Origin: a virus
DNA length: 64,000 bases
Reading direction: 5' to 3' (one strand)
IMG/VR virus record: IMGVR_UViG_3300030430_004105
Span: 1-64,000 of that record
Below the pieces are notes generated by a model, which ran no database searches, was not told where the DNA came from, and saw nothing but the letters and a program-made list of their open reading frames with translations. This document shows positions 59,264 through 64,000 of the stretch, piece by piece. The position numbers were made by a program, and so were the translations under genes. Numbering within the stretch: position 1 is the first letter of the stretch; the number at the start of each line of letters is the position of its first letter.

Positions 59264-60525
59264 GCTACCTCCAATAGTCTATAGTTCAAATGCTTTCTGG
59301 TTTCCCAAGAACCTTCTTCTTCATATATTCGCTGCATCAAATCAACCCAAGTTTTTTCGAAAACTTCAAAACTGTAATTTTTTATCACATGTTCTCTACC
59401 TGCTCTTCCTAGGGCATCTCGATACTCTTGATCAGCCATGTACATATCTCTTAGGGCGGACGAAACCTTCTTACCATTTAGTCGATCTTCGTATATGTAA
59501 GGCACTTCTTGAGATCCAATAATCGCCTTAGAATCAGGCTCCAGTCCAATCCCGAACCAAGTCTCTCCGTCTGTAACCTGTTCTTGTAGTCCGCCTGTCA
59601 TATTCACAATTATTGGTGTCCCACAAGAAAGAGATTCAAGCGTTGCCAGTCCAAATCCTTCAGCATCTGATATGTTGATCGTACAGTCTGCTAGATTATA
59701 AAACATTGCTAGATTTTCCATTTGAACTTTGTTAGTAGAAAACAAAATCTGTCCATCAATTAATCCTAAGTTTTGAACAATAGCATTGAGATCTTGCCCA
59801 TATCCATCTTTGGGATCTGTGTGCATGATTAATGATGCTTTATCATGTCCAACTTGATCTAGAAAGTCTTTAAACCAATAAATCAAAGAACCGCTCTGTT
59901 TTCTTCTAGCATTTCGATTGTTCCAAAAAAACAAAAACTTTCCTTTTGAATCGTACTGTTCATCAAACTGTGCTCTAAACTCTTCTATCTGTTCTTTTGG
60001 CAAAGGCTTAAAAAAGTTAGAATCAACAGCATGCGGCACATACTGCTCTTTCACATCAGGTGCAACATTTTGCACAATATCACTTGTAACTTTTGATATA
60101 GTTGCAATAAAATCGTTAGATTCGTAAAACCTCTGGTTATATTTTGGTAGTGGGTAGTTGTCCCACACATGATAATATACCATGGGGATTAAAGAACGAA
60201 TCTCTGCCTCTATTTCCCAAAGCCAGCCATAAAAACGAGGATCAGTCATAAAATACAAAATATCAGGACGTTCATTTCTGATAATAGATCTTACGATATC
60301 CTGTGTGCCATAGCCATCGACAGGGAAGATTTTCCATCTTTCACCCCATTGTTCCGTGATCTGTGGCTTATGATCCGGATGCTTGATTGCCCCACCAAGA
60401 CTGACTACATCAAATTTATCAGACTTAAGCAGGGCTTCTATAATATATTTAGTTTGAGTTCCGACACCCGATGGCGATAGTGGGTGATCAGATATAGTCA
60501 AAACTTTAATTCTTTTTTCCGACAT
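59260..60525 (-). CDS. Glycosyltransferase, GT-B (GT4-like)
   Basis: Start MSEKRIK (SD AGGAG); SGVGTQ, NRNARRKQ, AEGFGLATLES...TPIIVNMTGGLQEQ. Confidence 0.85.
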   Translation of the reverse strand: MSEKRIKVLTISDHPLSPSGVGTQTKYIIEALLKSDKFDVVSLGGAIKHPDHKPQITEQWGERWKIFPVDGYGTQDIVRSIIRNERPDILYFMTDPRFYGWLWEIEAEIRSLIPMVYYHVWDNYPLPKYNQRFYESNDFIATISKVTSDIVQNVAPDVKEQYVPHAVDSNFFKPLPKEQIEEFRAQFDEQYDSKGKFLFFWNNRNARRKQSGSLIYWFKDFLDQVGHDKASLIMHTDPKDGYGQDLNAIVQNLGLIDGQILFSTNKVQMENLAMFYNLADCTINISDAEGFGLATLESLSCGTPIIVNMTGGLQEQVTDGETWFGIGLEPDSKAIIGSQEVPYIYEDRLNGKKVSSALRDMYMADQEYRDALGRAGREHVIKNYSFEVFEKTWVDLMQRIYEEEGSWETRKHLNYRLLEVA

Positions 60526-60539
60526 TTCTTCTCCTTTTG

Positions 60540-61319
60540 TTACGGACAATGTTTGGTTCCCTTGAACTCACAATTAGCACAAGAAAGCCTATTCTTAATA
60601 TAAACACCATTATCAATATTGTAAAGCGCTCTTGACAATAATTGCATAGCATTTTCTGTTCTTCTCTTTCCAGAAGTTACTTTAAATAATTCTACTTCGT
60701 TAGTCTTGGCGGTTCGCTTTAGAAGCCCAAAGTGACATTCAATGTTTTTTGGATCAATGCCATGCTTCATTGCATAGTAATGCTTATAAAAAATTAATTG
60801 ATAGACAACCATTTTGTCTGATCTTCTTTTAGCATCCCATCCCCATGAACAAGACTTCCAATCCAGAATATGATAAGTCTCGCCTTTTTTGACAACCAAG
60901 TCGATATATCCTTTAAATTTGAAAGGATTCCCATCATAGTGGGAAATATCCTCAAAAATCTCTTCTTCGCACTTAATAATCTCATAATTCTCACCAAAGT
61001 AAGAATCTAACTTTACTTTATACTTGTCTACCAAGTTTTCTCCTTGAGATCTGAACTGATCAAAATGATTGTCTTTGATTTCTTCAATCAACAAGCCTCT
61101 TTCTTTTCCAAATGCTCTACCGAAATAGTCTTTTAATTCTGTCTCATCGATCTCATTTTCTAAATGTTTCTCAATTGTCTCATGCAAAGCAGAGCCAAAA
61201 GCAGTGTAAATGTTTCCAGAAAATGATCCCTCAACCTTATCGATTGAAGCCAGTTTGTGATAGAATGGGCATTTAACCCAGTTTTTAAGTTGTGAAAAAG
61301 AAATATATTTGTTAGTCAT
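60540..61319 (-). CDS. Cas4/RecB-like PD-(D/E)XK exonuclease
   Basis: SFSQL..CP, FGSALHE, GYIDLV, ILDWKS, QLIFY, CANC...CP (four-Cys Fe-S pattern). Confidence 0.85.
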   Translation of the reverse strand: MTNKYISFSQLKNWVKCPFYHKLASIDKVEGSFSGNIYTAFGSALHETIEKHLENEIDETELKDYFGRAFGKERGLLIEEIKDNHFDQFRSQGENLVDKYKVKLDSYFGENYEIIKCEEEIFEDISHYDGNPFKFKGYIDLVVKKGETYHILDWKSCSWGWDAKRRSDKMVVYQLIFYKHYYAMKHGIDPKNIECHFGLLKRTAKTNEVELFKVTSGKRRTENAMQLLSRALYNIDNGVYIKNRLSCANCEFKGTKHCP

Positions 61320-61648
61320 TAGTCCCCCGATTTTTTTGTTCTTTTCTTTTTATACGTTTGAGGCTTTTGTTTATTCAATTTTTCTTCTTCTTTGGCAATT
61401 TTGTTAAAAATCCAAGTTCCCTCTAGGTTTGGGCTTAGTCCTTTAGTGTTGTAAGACGTAAGCACATTAGAAGATTGTGACTCTAATTCATAATCTGTCA
61501 ATATTACTCCTTGTTTTGTAAGGTATTCCACTAATTCCGAATTAGAAAATTCAATGACAGGATCTCTAGCATATGCTCTTGCTGGTAGTTTAACATCAAC
61601 GATTAGTTTGTTGTCTTCCTCTGTCTTGTTAATAATAATTTGTTTCAT
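61319..61648 (-). CDS. Hypothetical protein
   Basis: 109 aa, SD AGGAG, basic tail. Confidence 0.6.
   Translation of the reverse strand: MKQIIINKTEEDNKLIVDVKLPARAYARDPVIEFSNSELVEYLTKQGVILTDYELESQSSNVLTSYNTKGLSPNLEGTWIFNKIAKEEEKLNKQKPQTYKKKRTKKSGD
61350..61377 (-). promoter_or_regulatory. Putative promoter TGAATA-N15-CGTATAA
   Basis: TGAATA at 61377-61372 and CGTATAA at 61356-61350; 30 nt upstream of the nuclease ATG. Confidence 0.65.
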
Positions 61649-61657
61649 ATTTTCTCC

Positions 61658-62383
61658 TTAAGTAATTTTGAAATCTGTATTCTTTTCTAGAAGTTCTATC
61701 CTAGAGTGCAATATTGGTGATATATTCTTAAGTTGCATGCCACCCTCTAAATAATAGTCTTCAAACCCAGTAGCGAAATATTCACGCACTGACGTGGCTG
61801 CATATGGGCGTATGAAGAGTGTCGGCGCCAAGTTTTTAATCTTTTCATACCCAACAACTTTATACAAAAACTTATCAAACTCTGGATCAAACTCGGTGTT
61901 TATAAAATCAAAATACGACAAATCATATTCTTCTAAATTATATTCTTGAGTTACTAGATCGTGTAACCTATTCATCTTCCCAAGATATTCATTTATTATC
62001 TTACCGTCTTCATAGATTTTTTCTGAATTGTTCTCCTCAAACCTGTGAGCAAACTCATGCACTAAATCATCTAGTATTTCTTTTTCGCTTACCAATTCAT
62101 CAGAAGATACGTATATGTTATCTTTATGATGTAGGGCAGTCAGTGATCTTTTCTTGAGGATATCAAAATCTCCAAAATAGACATTTTTAATCCCAGCATA
62201 CGACGAAATGGGCAAGTTAGATCGTAACAAGCCCATAATCTTTTCAATGTCAATGTCATTCTTAAGAGGTTTGTCGAGAACAAACTCGATACCTCTGTTA
62301 AAATAGAATCTTTTCTTTTCCGAAAGTATTTTAGTCTGCGATTGTTGCAGTAACTTCGTTAAGTTGTTTCTGTTCTTTGACAA
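61658..62383 (-). CDS. Zincin-like metallopeptidase
   Basis: LVHEFAH plus downstream YAATSVREYFA supplying a Glu ligand. Confidence 0.65.
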   Translation of the reverse strand: MSKNRNNLTKLLQQSQTKILSEKKRFYFNRGIEFVLDKPLKNDIDIEKIMGLLRSNLPISSYAGIKNVYFGDFDILKKRSLTALHHKDNIYVSSDELVSEKEILDDLVHEFAHRFEENNSEKIYEDGKIINEYLGKMNRLHDLVTQEYNLEEYDLSYFDFINTEFDPEFDKFLYKVVGYEKIKNLAPTLFIRPYAATSVREYFATGFEDYYLEGGMQLKNISPILHSRIELLEKNTDFKIT

Positions 62384-62579
62384 GCCTCTCTCCTTCCTCT
62401 ACATCGTTTAATGCCTGTTCATATCCACGAATCCAATTCTCTTCTGCTATAATCATAAGAAAATCTGGGAATTCTTCAGCCATAACTTCTATAATATGTT
62501 CTACAGTAACATCACCATTCTCAGGATTCAATTTCTCTCCAACATATGTTACAAGTATTTCTTTAATAGTTTTTTTCAT
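62331..62579 (-). CDS. Hypothetical protein
   Basis: Likely start MKKTIK (SD GGAG); EENWIRGYEQALND. Confidence 0.6.
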   Translation of the reverse strand: MKKTIKEILVTYVGEKLNPENGDVTVEHIIEVMAEEFPDFLMIIAEENWIRGYEQALNDVEEGERLVKEQKQLNEVTATIAD

Positions 62580-62601
62580 GAACATCTCCATTGTATAGTA
62601 T

Positions 62602-62630
62602 TTATACGTTTGAGTATAAAGATTTATTCA
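62602..62630 (-). promoter_or_regulatory. Putative promoter TGAATA-N16-CGTATAA
   Basis: Intergenic; TGAATA at 62630-62625 and CGTATAA at 62608-62602. Confidence 0.7.
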
Positions 62631-62677
62631 AAATTTTTACATAAAAGTTTTATTATGTAAGAGAAATTTGATTTTCT

Positions 62678-64000
62678 TTACAAACGCTTGGCTGCTTCTG
62701 TTGCAAGTCTTGATCTTTCACCCTTCTTGAATGATACATGTCCAGCAATGACTGAGTCTTTAAACTTCTCAATAGCGTATGTGAGTCCGTTAGAAGTCTC
62801 ATTGGTATATACGTTATCGATCTGCTCAATATCTCCAGTGAGAACTACCTTGGTGCCTTCACCGGCTCTTGTGATGATTGTCTTGACTTCGTGTGCTGTG
62901 AGGTTTTGTGCCTCGTCCACAATGATAAACGAATTGGATATCGATCTACCCCTGATGTATGTCAGCGCTTCTAATTCAATTGCGCCGGACTCCATAAGTT
63001 GTTCCATGATAATCTTGTCGTTCCCTACGATAAATTGAATATTATCTTGAATTGGCTTTAGCCAAGGCATCATTTTTTCTTCCATGGTACCGGGTAAGAA
63101 TCCAATATCTTTGCCCATTGGCTGTACTGGACGAGATACTACCATCTTATTGAATGCGATCCCCTCTTCTTCATCCTCTATTGTGTTATATCTTTTTGAT
63201 ACTTCTAATTTATGCTTTGTGTCCAGTTTGTTGTTAAACATTTTACCAAACGTCACTGACTGTTCCATACCTGCGGCAATAGCACATAGTGTCTTTCCAG
63301 ATCCTGCTTGCCCTGTAAGTGTGACAAGGTGAATATCTGGATCCATAAGCAAGTCAAATGCAAATGTCTGCTCTTTGTTTCTAGGCTGCACACCCCAGTT
63401 AAGATTGTTCTTGCAGTCTAGCAGTCTATCAACTGGCTCATTGCAGTTGTAGTAGCGACACAGTGCTGTCTTCTTCTCATTATACGAAGAAACAAGCATC
63501 AAGAATATGTTTGGGTATAGTGCAACTTTCTGTTCATCGGCAAATTCTTTTGTAATAAATATATCCTCACCAGAGTAAAACTGATCCACCAACTCATCAT
63601 CAACCAAGACAGTAGCCATACCTGAATACAGTTTGTCCGTGTCTTCAACTACTTGAGAAACAAGGTAGTCTTGAGACAGCATACCAACAGCATCGGCGAT
63701 AACTCTCAAGTTTATATCTCTAGATACTAGGATCACCTTTCTAGATTTAGGGCTGTTTGCTTTTACTGTCATTGCTGTTTCTAAAATCATGTGATCTGCA
63801 ACACCAGAGGTTAAGTCTTTTGGGAGTTTCTCAGAGACACTGTCGTAAGTTACAACAGATACAATTCCTTTCCCTTTGTCAATCCTTACGCCTTTTTGTA
63901 AAGATCCTTTTTCTCGTAAACTATCCAAGATTCTGATGAAAGAACGAGCATTGGAACCTACAGAATCTTGCCTCTTTTTGTGTTTGTCAACTTCTTCCAA
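62678..64000 (-). CDS. phoH: PIN-domain PhoH-family ATPase, 5' end outside the window
   Basis: PIN remnants EEVD..K, ADHMIL, LVSRDINLR; GQAGSGKT, SRP..GFLPG, RGRS, DEAQN, TGDIEQID. Confidence 0.9.
   Translation of the reverse strand: MEEVDKHKKRQDSVGSNARSFIRILDSLREKGSLQKGVRIDKGKGIVSVVTYDSVSEKLPKDLTSGVADHMILETAMTVKANSPKSRKVILVSRDINLRVIADAVGMLSQDYLVSQVVEDTDKLYSGMATVLVDDELVDQFYSGEDIFITKEFADEQKVALYPNIFLMLVSSYNEKKTALCRYYNCNEPVDRLLDCKNNLNWGVQPRNKEQTFAFDLLMDPDIHLVTLTGQAGSGKTLCAIAAGMEQSVTFGKMFNNKLDTKHKLEVSKRYNTIEDEEEGIAFNKMVVSRPVQPMGKDIGFLPGTMEEKMMPWLKPIQDNIQFIVGNDKIIMEQLMESGAIELEALTYIRGRSISNSFIIVDEAQNLTAHEVKTIITRAGEGTKVVLTGDIEQIDNVYTNETSNGLTYAIEKFKDSVIAGHVSFKKGERSRLATEAAKRL

Noticed and set aside
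60540-61319. CRISPR-Cas system
   Set aside because: Solo Cas4-like gene with no other cas genes or repeat-spacer array.
62599-62606. T4 late promoter TATAAATA
   Set aside because: It coincides with the CGTATAA box of the bipartite motif, and I did not see it in the gaps upstream of structural genes.
126-63332. All plus-strand ORFs and the short nested minus-strand ORFs in the track
   Set aside because: They overlap long motif-bearing minus-strand genes, have no recognisable motifs, and read as antisense or alternate-frame shadows.
63480-63486. Sixth CGTATAA promoter copy
   Set aside because: No TGAATA at 15-16 nt spacing, and it lies deep inside phoH.
1-64000. Stop-codon reassignment, introns/inteins, tRNAs
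   Set aside because: TAA, TAG and TGA all end genes at tight junctions; terminase, primase and SbcCD read through without insertions; intergenic gaps are short and AT-rich with no cloverleaf seen by eye.

Overview
This 64 kb window is part of a large, AT-rich dsDNA phage with a contractile (myovirus-type) tail; it is not bacterial chromosome. Every credible gene is on the minus strand, densely packed, and uses the standard code. In transcription order (right to left): PIN-PhoH ATPase, zincin peptidase, Cas4-like nuclease; an ~11 kb glycan locus (two GT4s, gmd, Maf-like transferase, NeuA, RraA aldolase, NeuB, His-phosphatase, PhyH dioxygenase, putative transferase, NTP-transferase, RuBisCO-like protein, GDPD-like protein); a sigma factor; a baseplate/tail module (gp5-like protein with M15 peptidase, spike, gp25, gp6, a 5171-aa LamG fibre); a J-domain protein; RuvC, primase and an Mre11-Rad50 fusion; holin/spanin candidates; small leader-sharing genes; and the terminase large subunit. 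Best leads: (1) a form IV RuBisCO-like enzyme and a NeuB/RraA module inside a promoter-bracketed glycan island, possibly decorating (S/T)-(G/A/S)-S-rich virion proteins; (2) a nested eight-domain split-strand stalk in the giant fibre; (3) gene cassettes inserted serially at the terL start, each leaving a relic of it; (4) a five-copy TGAATA-N15/16-CGTATAA promoter family. All calls come from reading motifs by eye; no database search was run.
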